The notes under the pieces were generated by a model that was not told where the DNA came from, made no database searches, and was given only the letters and a program-made list of their open reading frames with translations. Below, piece after piece: positions 15,351 through 30,844 of a DNA stretch of 55,428 nt. Origin of the DNA: Prorocentrum cordatum. Its lineage: Eukaryota. The stretch's first letter is position 1. Every line of letters starts with the position of its first letter. Position numbers and translations under genes: made by a program. The stretch lies in the NCBI GenBank assembly GCA_963575745.1, contig CAUYUJ010000160.1:62001-117428 (forward strand), written 5' to 3'.

Positions 15351-16149
15351 AAATATCCCGCCCTGCTTTTCTGGGCCGAGTGCCCCCGCATTCTGCCCGA
15401 TCGTGTCGCGCTCGGGCGAACCTGCGGGGGCGCCACGGCCCGATGGGCTGCGCGGCCCAGGGCCGCGGCCAAGACGGGCTGGGTCACCGCGATCGCCGGC
15501 CTCGTGACAGGCCCCGGCTGCAGGTGATGTCGCGCAAGTTCGGAAGCCGCGTCCTTGCGGCTTTGCCTTAGGATTCTGGCTCGGTTCCGGCCCCTGGCGG
15601 GTCGGTGGCTCGGCGGCCGGCTGCTGCCGGCCCAGACGGCGTTCCGCCCTCGAAGCGACCAGCTCAGGCGGGGGCGGCGGCCGGGGGCGACGCGATTGTT
15701 CCGGCCCCGATGGCGGGCTGCAAGGCTGCCGGCGGCTGCCGGCTTGGACGGCGGCTCGCCGTCGGAGCGAAGGCCGGCGCCGCCTCCGCCTCGCCACCCT
15801 CCCGGCCCGGCTCAAGCGGGTGCGGCGGCGAGCGCCGACGACGAGGCCTTTGACGGCCGCCCTGACGACCGAGACCCCGACGAGAAGCAGTTCAACCAGG
15901 TCTTCTTCATGGGAAGGGAGCAGGTACTGACTAAAGGCCCTCAGTGAAACGACAAGTACAACACTTATCCGGCGCCTCCCCCTGTTATTTCGCAGTGGTT
16001 TCGGGGAGGTGGCTGTCCCGTAAGGGGGGCATTCTGGCACTGTCGAGAAGGATGCCAAACCCGCCGATCGGCTGCCCCACGTGACCAAGTTCCACACGAA
16101 TGAGGTCAAGCGGGGACAACGCAAATTCAGAATTTCCCGTCGACCGCTT

Positions 16150-16915
16150 CTGCAGGACGTGCACGTGGCCAGCGCGAGCACGGGGGGCTTGAACTGGGCC
16201 AGATACGACAATCGTGACAAGTCGATGGCTCTCATGTTGCAGCAGCGCAAACATAAGATAATGTTGCATGTGTTTCCGAGCTACGCAGCACCATTTTTGT
16301 GGATGATGGACACGCCGCGGTGGTCAAAGCAGAGGATTTTACCTTTCTCATGACAGAACGGTGTGGACTCTCCTTGGATTTGTCTTCTCAGGTGGCTTGG
16401 CGGGCGGCGTCGAGCATGTGCTGGGGCGACGGCGCGCTCGTGGTCTTGTGGGAGGACCACTGCATGGCGATTCCAATTCTCGTGGATGGTCATTGTTGAA
16501 TATGGATTATTCCTGTATACTATCCCGACGACCACAACTGCCACATACCGCGCTCAGGTGCACGCGGGCCTCCACGATCTCCGCCGACGACGTCAGGACC
16601 TTCATCCTGGACTCGAGCCCATCGGAGGGGACTGGAACGGCCACGTTGGACGCGACACCCTGGGCAACAACATTCAAATTGGCCACGGGAAAATGAAGCG
16701 GGCCACGACCGAAGGAGGCTAAGCAGTTGTACGCTGGCTCCCTATCTCTACTCTCGTCAACCCCGACACTTGTTTCAAGGTTTTAAATCGCGGCATATGG
16801 CGCCATCCGCGTGCGGGGAACTGGTGCGATATTGATCAGTTTACGCTGGGCCCAGAGTAGCATCGCGCAATCGAGGGTGCATCTACGACGCATTGGGGCA
16901 TCTCTGATCATATGA
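16150..16915 (+). pseudogene. APE/EEP endonuclease domain remnant
   Basis: GDWN, WRHP...ID and SDH motifs; multiple stops and frameshifts. Confidence 0.8.
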
Positions 16916-17189
16916 GTAAGCGCATGCATCCAGTTATTGCTCAGGAGAATACCCGTCCACGCCGTGCTGCGCGCGCATTATTTCATGAACTTAGACAGCG
17001 ACGCGCACGAGAAGTTTAGTTGTTGGCGCCCTTGGCGATCCACAGGATGCGAGGCCCCACTTCGGAGGCAATCGCACGTCGGCAAGCGCGTCGAGCCGAA
17101 GTTCAGCGACGCCTTGAGCTACGCCCCTAATGGCGACCACCTCCTCGCGCTACCTTTCGCGCTGAAGTGACGGCGTCGTCGAAGCCCCC

Positions 17190-17525
17190 CATCTATTTGC
17201 AGATGGATCGGGGGCCGAAGGGGATGCAGGCTGGGGCGTGTCAATCATCGAGGCGACAGAATGGCGCGGGCGAGCTTTCGGCTATGATAATGGCGACGCG
17301 GTTGGCGCTCGAGAGCGCGCAGCCTAGCGATGCCTTCGCGTTGCGATGCGACTCCAAGTGCGCAATGAATCTGATAGCGGGCAATTGGCGACCATCTAGC
17401 AGCGAGCTGCTTGTCCAGACTGGGCGGGCCCTCTTTCGGCGAGCGCGGAAATGATTTCGAGCTCGCCCGCGTGAAAGGCCACTCTGGTGATCTGGGGGGC
17501 GACCGCGCAGACGCAGCAGCAGATA
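17190..17525 (+). pseudogene. RNase HI domain remnant
   Basis: DGS, EL.A, DS and KGHSG...RAD motifs in the correct order over three frames. Confidence 0.85.
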
Positions 17526-18439
17526 AAGAAGCACCTACTCCTGCTTTGGGGCAATCTTTTCTCTACTTCGAGGCCGGCTTCGATTTGCCCCATCCCCTGC
17601 GGCGCTAGGCATGACATCTTTCAGTCGGATGCGCACTGCTCGCCTCCGATGGCGGAGGCAGAGGGTGCCGGCCCGGGGGGGCCAGCGGGCGCGCGCTGCT
17701 CACCTCCGTTTGCGGGGGCAGAGGGCGCCGACCCGACTGGAGTTAGTTTGCGTCGACCCACCGACGTCGCGCTACGCGTGGCCACGAACGTGGGCAATGG
17801 CGACGACATCGAGCCTTTTGACCACTTAGATTTCGAACGTGGCGAGCCTGACCCTTTCTTGGAATTCGAAATCTTCTATTTTCTCTTCCAGTTTCGTCTT
17901 TTGCCCTTCCTGGCGACGCACCGGCGGCGTATCTATCCCATATTCGCGAGGAGGGCGCTCACTTTGAGACAGCCGGGCTCCGACCTTCACTTGCCTGGGC
18001 TGAAGCGGCGGCAGTTATGGTTAAGGCAGCAGAGACTACCCTCGGCCGCGGCAAAAGTTCGGCTCAGCTCCGCACCCCTTTTCACCGACGAGGACATGCA
18101 GCGCGCGCAAGAGCTTCGGGGGCGCAAAGCGCGAATTTGGCAGATTTGGTAGCGAGCCCGCGCGGTTGAAGCAGAACATCTCTTGAAGCAAAAGCGCCGT
18201 CAGTTCGGGCGTCAACTCCTCAGATTGAAATATCGCGCTCGCCACTGGTGCGCGCGGCCAATTATTGCTGACCTCGCGCGCTTTGCAGCGACGAACGACT
18301 GGGGGGCCTTCTACCCTGGCCAGAAAATGCCGGGGATCTTTACGCGCGACAAGACTCGCGAAGGCCAAGAGCAAGTGACCGCCGAGACCATGACTGCCCA
18401 TCTCAAGTCTGTCAGCGGAGCCTCAGGACATGTGGGGGA

Positions 18440-19520
18440 TGAGGTTATTCGACGCGGCCTTCCCACTGTGGAAGCCAATGCCTCCTTGGGCCTCGCCCCC
18501 ACTCGGGGCGAAATAAGATATGCGATGCTCGAAATGAGGGGGGGCGCTGCAGGCAAGGAAGAACGCCAGCGAAGACATGCAGCAGGATATTGTGACTTTG
18601 GTGTAATCGACGTGGAGGGCCCCGCGCTTGGAGTGGGAAACCAGTTCGACAGCAGCGCTGGGAGAATTATTGTGGAAAGGGAAATGTTCCTGAACAGATC
18701 CCAGCGTGTGTCGGCAGATCGTCCTCATCAACATCATATTGAATTATTGCGCGCTTGGTTGCACGTCGTCTTCTGGCCCATGCTGAAGATAACCATGTCT
18801 TACCGGCGACCCCGTATGGCGTTAGACAAAATCGCTCAGTTTCCGTGTCTATCTTGATTGTGACATCATTCCTGGAAGCATCCTCTGAAGTGGACCATGA
18901 GAAGCACCTCGACGAAGACCCGTTGGTCGCGACCGGCGCTGATATTATGAAGGCACGCGCTAAGGTCGTCCGCGAGGCCGTCTGCGCAAACCAACGCCGA
19001 CTAGGCGTGCCCGAGGAGCTGGATAATATTATGCGATGTCTCTACGAGAACGCCGAGTACCAGCTCAAGATGCGAGACGGCCTCTCTGAAGTATACACCC
19101 TTGCGCGGGGTCTCAAGGAAGGGCGCCCTTCGGCGCGCGCGGGGTTCAACGTCTTCCCCGCGTCGGTCATGCGCGACTTTAAGGCCCAGGCTAGCGAAAC
19201 TGGGTTTTCAGGTGTTGAGTGTTTTCGGCACCATCCCGAAGATTACGACTCGGGCGTTCGCCCGTCGCCGACCGGCCTCCATGTTTAGTCGGGTTCCAGC
19301 TGAAGTATATGATTCGCATATTTGAGCTCGCGTTCGCGGATGACGCTAACCTGGTCGCCCGGCGCTCCAATCATAAACAGATCGAGCCCCTGCTGGAACG
19401 GGCGCTTGGGAGGTGGGGCGAGGCCGTCCACCCCGGTAAGTGCGAGCGCCTTTGCGCTCGGGCCTCAGTCGACGACGGATGCGCGGAAGCTGCCAGTTTT
19501 CTTGGGGCGTGGCTTCGGAG
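18440..19520 (+). pseudogene. Reverse transcriptase domain remnant
   Basis: Non-LTR RT motifs 0-7 including FADD; frameshifted. Confidence 0.88.
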
Positions 19521-20142
19521 CGACGGTGAGATTGCAGTGGCGACGAGAAGTGGTTGCAGAAAGCAGGTATTTTATGGCGACGACTCCATAGTCAGCTTTC
19601 GAGGTTATCCTTGGATCATAAAACATTTGGCCAGCTATTTAACGCGACGGTCCTCGCCTGCCTGTTTTTCGGATGCGAGCCCAGAACATTCGCAGCCAAC
19701 GAGCTGGACACATACCAAAATATTGTCAACAAATGTGCGCCCGGCCCTCATAACCAGAGGCGTATCTGAATGCGTAACCAACATGTAACTACGGCAAATC
19801 TCAGACGCGAGCTCGGCCTTGACGCGGTAGATATTCACGTCCAAATGCGACGTCTGCAATTTGTTAAACACCAGCTTCGCCTCCCAGCCGACCGTCTAGA
19901 TTTCATTATTCTTTGGGCGCGCCCAGTTGATGACTGCGTTGCAAAAGTGCGGATTGGATCATCTCGTCCACGAATCCGCCCAGTCTTATGGCGCGCTGTC
20001 ACCGAGTTACTTCAACATTCTTCGGTACCTCGAGAGGACTGGAGGGCGCAATGGCCCACCTTGACCAGCGATCGACTGCCGTGGGCAAAACTGATGCGAC
20101 GTTGGCGACGCCATGCGCGGATCCACGCGCGCAAGGATGCGT

Positions 20143-23581
<3,439 letters not shown>

Positions 23582-23784
23582 AGTACAGATCATATTTTTG
23601 GACCGATATGGGTGGGGGTGAGCAGGAGTAGGATGTGTGGCTGTTGGTAAGTTTTGCTTCCGCCCCAGATCCTGACACCCAGACGTCTCTGGACCTCCGC
23701 GGTGGTCCCTGGAGCTTCCTGGAGGGCCCAGGAATCTCAAAGAAAGCGGGGGCGCTCGAAAACGCCCAAAGGCGATGCAAGACC

Positions 23785-23915
23785 GTCGATCGATCCTCGA
23801 TCCTCCCTCGGGTCCTCCCCGATCCTCCTCGACCCTAGATCCTCCTCGATCCTCGATCGATCCTCGATCCTCCATCGGATCCTCGCTCCTCCATCCGTCG
23901 ATCCACCCTCGACCT
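23785..23915. repeat. (CCTCGAT)n heptamer array; related (CCTCGAG)n at 32900-32985
   Basis: Direct reading. Confidence 0.8.
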
Positions 23916-24284
23916 CCAAAGCCACATCCCTCCCCGACGGCCGGGGGGCGAGGCTCGGAACAGTGGTGATTGCAGGGCGCCGCTCCGCGGGGCCAGGTGG
24001 ACGCGCGGCCGCGGGCGGCATCCCCTGCTGCACCCGCCTGGCGTCATCCGCGGCGCGCTGGCGGAGCGGAGGGCGGGGTGACCTTTCGTGCTCGTCGTCG
24101 CTCTCGTCGTCGTCGCGCTCGCTGTCGTCGTCGTCGTCGTCGCCGTCGTCCTGCTCCTCGTTCGCTATCGTCGTCTTCGTGGTGGTCGTCGTCGTTTCGA
24201 AGATGTTTGTGCCTTTCTGGCGGCCCCGTCGCCACGGATGGACGCAGCTCGAAAACAATTGTCAGGATGAAGTCATGCATCAGG

Positions 24285-25540
24285 AGGGAAAACACATAGA
24301 CACAATTCATCGCCCACTCCCAGGACAATATGGGAAAATATGGGAAATATGGGAAGTGGGGGGAAGACAAAAACCAAGAAAATATGAGACAAGTATGGGG
24401 AATCTGTTTATTTGTGTGTATTTATTTGTGTGTCCTGGGGCCCCTTCAATGCATGGTCCTGAGGTCCGTATGAGGCGATTTGGGTCGTTGTCGTCGTCGT
24501 CGTCGTCGTCCACGTTTACGTTTGCGTCGACGTCCTCGTCGTTCGAGGATCGAGGATCGACGTGTTCGGGTTTTCTCTGGGCCGTCTCGGACGTTCGGGC
24601 TGAAGGGACTGTGGCGTGGAGTCTCACGCAGCGGAGGAGGTGGAGGTGAGAGGGGACAAAACACACAGACACAATTAATCGTCGATTCCCAGGAAAATAT
24701 GAGAAAATATGGGAAGTGGGGGGAAGACAAAAACCAAGAAAATATAGGAAAATATGGGGAATCTTTTTATTTGTGTGTATTTATTTGTGTGTCCTGGGGC
24801 CCTTTCAATGCATGGTCCAGAGGTCCGTATGAGACGATGTGGGTCGTCGTCGCCGTTGTCGTCGTCGTCCACGTTTACGTTTGCGTCGACGTCCTCGTCG
24901 TTCGAGGATCGAGGATCGATGTGTTCGGCTTGTTCCGGGGCCGTCTCGGACGTTCGGGTCGAAGGGACTGTGGCGTGGAGTCTCACGCAGCGGAGGAGGT
25001 GGAGGAGGGGAAAAAACACACAGACACAATTAATCGTCGATTCCCAGGAAAATATGGGAAGTGGGCGGGAGGACAAAAACGCACAAAATATAGGAAAAGA
25101 TGGGGAATCTCTTTATTTGTGTGTATTTATTTGTATGTCCTGGGGCCCCTTCAGTCATGCGTGGTCCGGAGGTCCGTATGAGACGATTCGGGTCGTCGTC
25201 GTCGTCGTCGTCGTCGTCGTCCACGTTTACGTTTGCGTCGACGTCCTCGTCGTTCGAGGATCGAGGATCGAGGATCGAAGTGTTCGGGTTGTCTCTGGGC
25301 CGTCTCGGACGTTCGGGTCGCAGGGACTGTGGCGTGGAGTCTCACGCAGCGGAGGAGGTGGAGGTGAGAGGGGACGACCTTTCAGGAGGGAAAAAACACA
25401 CAGACACAATTAACCGTCGATGCCCAGGAAAATATGGGAAAATATGGGAAGGGGGGGGAGACAACAACCCAGAAAATATAGGAAAATATGGGGAATCCCT
25501 CTACTTGTGTGTCTTGATGTGTGTGTCCTGGGGCCCCTTC
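24285..25540. repeat. ~355-380 bp tandem repeat, ~3.4 copies
   Basis: acacacagacacaatt recurs at about 24292, 24661, 25017 and 25397 with collinear internal blocks. Confidence 0.92.
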
Positions 25541-25748
25541 AGAGGTGGAGGTGCGAGGGGCCTGCCTTGCCGACCCCAGTCCCTGCTTTGGATCCGCCTG
25601 CGGCGAGCCCCGCCGCCCTGCCGGACACCAGCCCCCTCGGGTGGCGACTGCTCGGGGGGCGCGCAGGATCGCCCTTGGACGGCTCCGGAGGCCCCCGAGC
25701 GGCCCCAAGCCTGCCCGAGAGAGACCCAAGAGCCAGCCACCGTGTGAT

Positions 25749-25940
25749 TACGGTAGGTTTGCGTCGTGTCGACCAGCGGCGACCCCAGCGCGGGCGTTCA
25801 AGGTTGAGCGCCGCCGGCGACCCAGAATCGATCGATGTTGAACGATCGGACGTTGCGGCAGCGGCCGATCGTTCAAGGTTGAACGATCCCTGCGGTGTCA
25901 AAAACCAACGCTGGGGTCGGCACGACACGAACCTGCCGTA
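25749..25940. mobile_element. MITE with ~26 bp imperfect TIRs and probable TA TSD (Tc1/mariner-type)
   Basis: TA|cggtaggtttgcgtcgtgtcgacc ... ggtcggcacgacacgaacctgccg|TA. Confidence 0.7.
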
Positions 25941-27378
25941 CATGCTAATGATTCAATCCCTATCCGGCAGTAGACGTCTTCTGGCAATCTGCCGATCGTG
26001 CTTGCGTTTCCCCTTGACCCCATGTCGACGGTCTTTGGCAGTTGCAGGAGTGGACGTCGGGAGGATGGGGTGTCGGCTTTTTCCCGGGCAGCTTCTTCTT
26101 TGGGGAGGCCCCCAAGGTGGCCCACGAGGGGCCCAAGAGGGGGGACACGAACTGACACTTCGAGCCCTGCGCCCCACGATGTTCCCCGACGCCGCCAGCA
26201 GGCTACCGAGAGGTCCCGAAGATGCCCCTAGGCCCCGAAGAGCCCCCAAGAGGCCCCCGAGAGGCTCCAATACATTCCAAACTGAATCCAAGAGGCTTCC
26301 GAGAGGCCTCCCAAGAGATCCCAACAGGCACCCAAGAGGCTGCTTACCGACAACCCAGGCGCGGTGGCATGATGGGCCGACTGCTACTAAATCCGCCGCT
26401 CCCAAACTGCTGATTCATCAAAGTGGCGCCTGGCGTCCCAAACTTTTCGTCGGATTAAACTTCTCAAAGGTTCCTGCCAGCCTCTGGCCCAGGCCGCTGG
26501 CCCTCCGGCAAATCAGGGGTTCTCATTGCCCATGGCGCCTCCAAGACTGGCCAGATGGTCCAAAACGGCCTCCAAGACGGCCACGATGGCCCAAGATGGC
26601 CCCCAAGACGGTCCCACGACGCCTCCAGGACGGCCAAAATGGCTCCAAGGCAGCCCAGGATGCCCTCCGGACGGCGCAAGATGCCCCAAGCCGCCAAGCC
26701 GCCAAAAGAGGGCTCCAAGAGGACCTCCAGGATGCCCAAATCATTGATTTCCCGTAGTTTCTTGAATCATTTGATTGTTCTCGCTGACGCGGATTTCGAC
26801 GCTCCAATGCGGCCCCCAAGAGGCCCACAATATTAGTTCGCCCCAAGACGGCCCAAGGGGCTCCCAAGAGGGCCCCAAGACGGCCCAAGGGGCCCCCAAG
26901 ATGGCGAACACACAGTCCGCTAGTTTGGCCAGACTTCGGCCCAGCGTTTGGCCGCATGTGCGTTTCCAACAGTCAGGGGGCGGCGCTGATTCTCCGTAGG
27001 TGTCTTCGATGAGCCGGATTTGATTTCGGAAGGGGAGGCCGACATTGCTTGCAAGCATGTTTGTTTGTTTGCTTGTTTGTTTGTTTGGTCTGTTTGTTCG
27101 GAAAGGCAGCGTCGGCAACGACGCTCGGCCACAGTGCTGCACGCTCGGAGGGCCCTCTCGGCGGCGACATCTGAGCCCTGCCCGCGCCGGTCCACGCTTC
27201 GGGCGACTCGATGGGCGGCGGGGGCGGGGTTCGAAATCCGTCGAACACGCGGCGACATCCGAACCCCAACCCCGCCTCCCGTCGATTCCGGAGAGTCGAT
27301 CGATGGTTGAGGGAGGGCTGGCCTCTCCCGTGGGTTGCCCGAGCTGGAGGTGCAGCGCGACGAGCTTCACCACGGAAG

Positions 27379-27876
27379 GCCTCCTCCTCCTCCTCCTCCT
27401 CCTCTTGTTCCTCCTCCTCCCTCCTCCTCCTCCTCGTCCTCCTCCTCCTCCTCCTCCTCCTCCTCCTCTTCCTCCTCCTCCTCCTCCTCCTCTCCTCCTC
27501 CCCTCCTCCTCCTCCTCCTCCTCCTCCTCCTCCTCCTCCTCCTCCTCCTCCTCCTCCTCCTCCTCCTCCTCCCCCCTCCTCCTCCTCCTCCTCCTCCTCC
27601 TCTCCTCCCTCCCCTCCTCCTCCTCCTCCTCCTCCTCCTCCTCCTCCTCCTCCAACCCCAACCCCAACCCCGCCTCCTGTCAATTCAGGAGAGTCGAGCT
27701 GGGCTGCCCGCCGCCCGCTCTCGGGCTGCCCGCGGCCCTCCCTGCCTCTGCCCCCGACCAGCACGACGGCCCGACCGCACCTCGGGGCCGAGCCGCCGCC
27801 GACCGACACGCGCGAGCGAGGAGGGCCTCCTCCTCCTCCTCCTCCTCCTCCTCCTCCTCCTCTCCTCCTCCTCCTC
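27379..27876. repeat. (CCT)n microsatellite blocks
   Basis: Direct reading. Confidence 0.9.
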
Positions 27877-28273
27877 GTTCGGGAGCTCCCGAGCGAAGTG
27901 AACCCCACCCTCCCCCTCAGAAATCGTGGGGGGTAGGGGTAGGGTTCGCATGCGGCCCACTCTTATTGCTCATCGTGCCCGCCAGATCGGCCTCCCCCAG
28001 GCGCTCGTAGCGGCCCTCGGCGGCCCAGATCGGTCTCCCCCCGTCCCCTCCGCTCCCAGGCGGGGGCCCAGCGCCGCTCCCGGCGGCCCGGGGCGCGGCG
28101 CTCGCCGCGTCGCCCTCGGCGCCCCGCGGCCGTTGGAGAGGGCCCAGTCTGCTCAGGCAGAGGGAGGGGAAGGATGAAGGAGTGGAGGAGGAAGAGGTAG
28201 GGAGGAGGAGGAGGAGGAGGAGGAGGAGGAGGAGGAGGAAGAAGAAGAGGAGGAAGAGGAGGAGGAGGATCTA

Positions 28274-28521
28274 GGCCTCCTAGATGGGGTCGGAGTAGAT
28301 GGGGTCGGAGGATCGCCCCGCATCGTCGATGCATCGCCGATGCGGCTCGATGTGCAGCCCGATTTGCTCCACGTCGACGTCGCCGATGCCTCGCCCACGT
28401 CGACGATGCATCGCCGGTGCATCGCTGATGCATCGCCGATGCATCGCCGATGCATCGCCGATTCAACGCCGATGCGGGGCGATCCTCCGACCCCATCTAC
28501 TCCGACCCCATCTAGGAGGCC
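28274..28521. mobile_element. MITE with perfect ~52 bp TIRs, TCTA flanking duplication and internal (atgcatcgccg)n, inserted in (GGA)n
   Basis: ggcctcctagatggggtcggagtagatggggtcggaggatcgccccgcatcg and its exact reverse complement; TCTA at 28270-28273 and 28522-28525. Confidence 0.85.
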
Positions 28522-28525
28522 TCTA

Positions 28526-28910
28526 GAGGAGGAGGAGGAGGACGGGGGATGAGAGGAGGAGGAGGAGGAGGAGGAGGAGGAGGAGGAGGAGGAGGAGGAG
28601 GAGGAGGAGGAGGAGGGGAGGGAGGAGGAGAAGGAGGAGGAGGGAGAGGAGGGAGGAGGAGGAGGAGGAGGAGGAGGAGGGAGGAGGAGGAGGAGGAGGG
28701 AGGAGGAGGAGGGAGGAGGAGGAGGAGGAGGAGGAAAAAGGAGGAGGAGGAGGAGGAGGAGGAGGAGAGGAGGAGGAGGAGGAGGAGAGGAGGAGGAGGA
28801 GGGTGGAGGAGGAGGAGGAGGAGGAGGATGACGAGGAGGAGGAGGAGGAGAAGGAGGAGGAGGAAGGAGGAGGAGGGAGGAGGGGGGGAGGAGGGGGGGG
28901 AGGAGGGAGA
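28526..28910. repeat. (GGA)n microsatellite
   Basis: Direct reading. Confidence 0.95.
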
Positions 28911-29189
28911 GGCAGGACTGAGAAGGGATGATGGAAGATGGAGGATGGAAGCTGGAGGACGGAGGGCGGAAGATGGAAGGTGGAAGGTGGAGGACAGGGG
29001 ACGAAAGATGTTTGCGGCTTGGACGTCTCTTCGAGCCATTTTGGAACCTTGTTGGGGCCGTTTTGGAGGCTTTCAGACACCTCTTGGAGCCCTTTTGGTG
29101 GCCTTTTTGAGGCCATCTTGGAGGGCATCCAGCAAGGCTGTGGAGGATGAGGAGGGTGATGAAGGGGAGGGGGCGGGGTGGTGCAGAAC

Positions 29190-29630
29190 ATGATAGGGGA
29201 TCAGGATGCTGGTGGTGATGCATGTGCTGGTTGGTGTGATGATGTTTCAGTGTTGGTGATGGTGGCGGTGGTTGCGATAATGATGATGCTGATGATCACG
29301 ATGCTACTGCTGCTGCTGATGATGCTGATGATGATGGTGATGGTACTGATGACGATGGTGTTGGTGATGATGATGATGCTGATTATGCTGATGATGCTGT
29401 TGCGGACGACGATGATGATGCATGCTAGGATACTGATAATGATGATGCTGTTGCGGATTATGACGATGCGGATGATGCTAACGATGTTGATGATGGTGAT
29501 GATGTTGCTGCTGATGATGATGACGAAGCTGATGCTGATGATCATGATGGTGTTGATGATGATGATAAAGAGGATCATGTCGATGCTGGTGGTGATATTG
29601 AAGTTGATGGTGTTGCTGATGCTTGTTTAG
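29190..29630. repeat. Degenerate (GAT)n microsatellite; further blocks at 31160-31385 and 31700-32050
   Basis: Direct reading. Confidence 0.9.
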
Positions 29631-30117
29631 TTGTTGTTGTGTGGTTGTTGTTGTGGTTGAACTCTCACTACTGAAGGAGAATTGTTGTTGAACCCCCCTC
29701 TGGTGCACATGGTATTTGTTCAATTGAAGTGCCCCTCCCAGTGCTCGCACCTGTTTTTTATCAGGGAACATCTTCCCCCTCAAACTGTGTTGTTGGCCCC
29801 CGGGTGACAACAACAACGGCTCCCGCCTGAGATTTCCTCGCAATTTAGCCAGGACCCCCCGCCGCCTGTGACTTCTCGCATTTTGTTCAGGACTTGCGCT
29901 CTCGCTCGGTACTTCCGTACACTTTATTCAAACATCGCTCTCTCGGCGCTCTGGAGTCGCCCTCTCGCTGGAGACTTACTTGCAATTTTTCTCAAGAATA
30001 GCACCCTTGCGTTGGAATTTCCAGCAATTTACTCAAGCGTCGCGTTCCCGACACTCAGACACCCAGGAGTCGCGCTCACGCTTAGGACTCCCTCACATAT
30101 TACTTAGGAGTCGGGAT

Positions 30118-30800
30118 CTCGCTGCCCTTCGTGGCCCCGTTGCAGCCCTTCGTGTTCCACTCGCTGCCCTTCGTGGCCCCGTTGCAGCCCTTCGTGGCCC
30201 CCTCGCTGCCCTTGGTGGCCCCGTTGCAGCCCTTCGTGGCCCCCTCGCTGCCCTTCGTGGCCCCGTTGCAGCCCTTCGTGGCCCCCTCGCTGCCCTTCGT
30301 GGCCCCGTTGCAGCCCTTCGTGACCCCCTCGCTGCCCTTCGTGGCCCCGTTGCAGCCCTTCGTGGCCCCCTCGCTGCCCTTCGTGTCCCCGTTGCAGCCT
30401 TTTGTGGCCCCCTCGCTGCCCTTCGTGGCCCCGATGCAGCCCTTCGTGGCCCCCTCGCTGCCCCTCTCTGCCCTTCGTGGCCCCGTCGCTGCCCTTCGTG
30501 GCCCCGTGCTTGCCCTTCGCGGCCCAATATACGTATGCCCTTCGTGGCCCCCGCTCGTTCGTGTCCGTCGTGGCCCCATGGTCATGCCCTTCGTGGCCCC
30601 GCTGTCGCCCTTTGTGGCCCCCTCGCTGTCCTACGTGGCCCAGTTGCTACCCTCAGTGGCCCCGTCGTTGCCTTCGATGGCCCCGCATTATCTGCCCTTC
30701 GTGGCCCCCGCTCGTTCGCGCTCTTCGTGGCCCCTAACGCATTCCCTTCGTGTCCCCGCTGTCGCTCTTCGTGGCCTACTTCGTGCCCTTCGTGGCCCTG
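30118..30800. repeat. 42 bp (2 x 21 bp) minisatellite with core gcccttcgtggcccc, decaying rightwards
   Basis: Alternating ctcgctgcccttcgtggcccc / gttgcagcccttcgtggcccc units. Confidence 0.95.
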
Positions 30801-30803
30801 CTG

Positions 30804-30844
<41 letters not shown>

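Larger units (their letters stand above)
15810..20142 (+). mobile_element. Degraded RTE-like non-LTR retrotransposon, domain order APE endonuclease - RNase H - RT; 3' end truncated at (AGT)n
   Basis: Motifs read across frameshifts: GGDWNGHVG (~16625), WRHPRAGNWCDIDQF (~16800), ISDH (~16900); FADGSG..AGWGV (~17195), GELSA, CDSK, RVKGHSGDLGGDRAD (~17470); LWKGK..DP...RQIVLI (~18670), YGVRQNRS, DIMKA, GLKEG, FADD (~19335), FLG, LFFGCE. The 5' boundary is uncertain (15350-15810). Confidence 0.88.
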
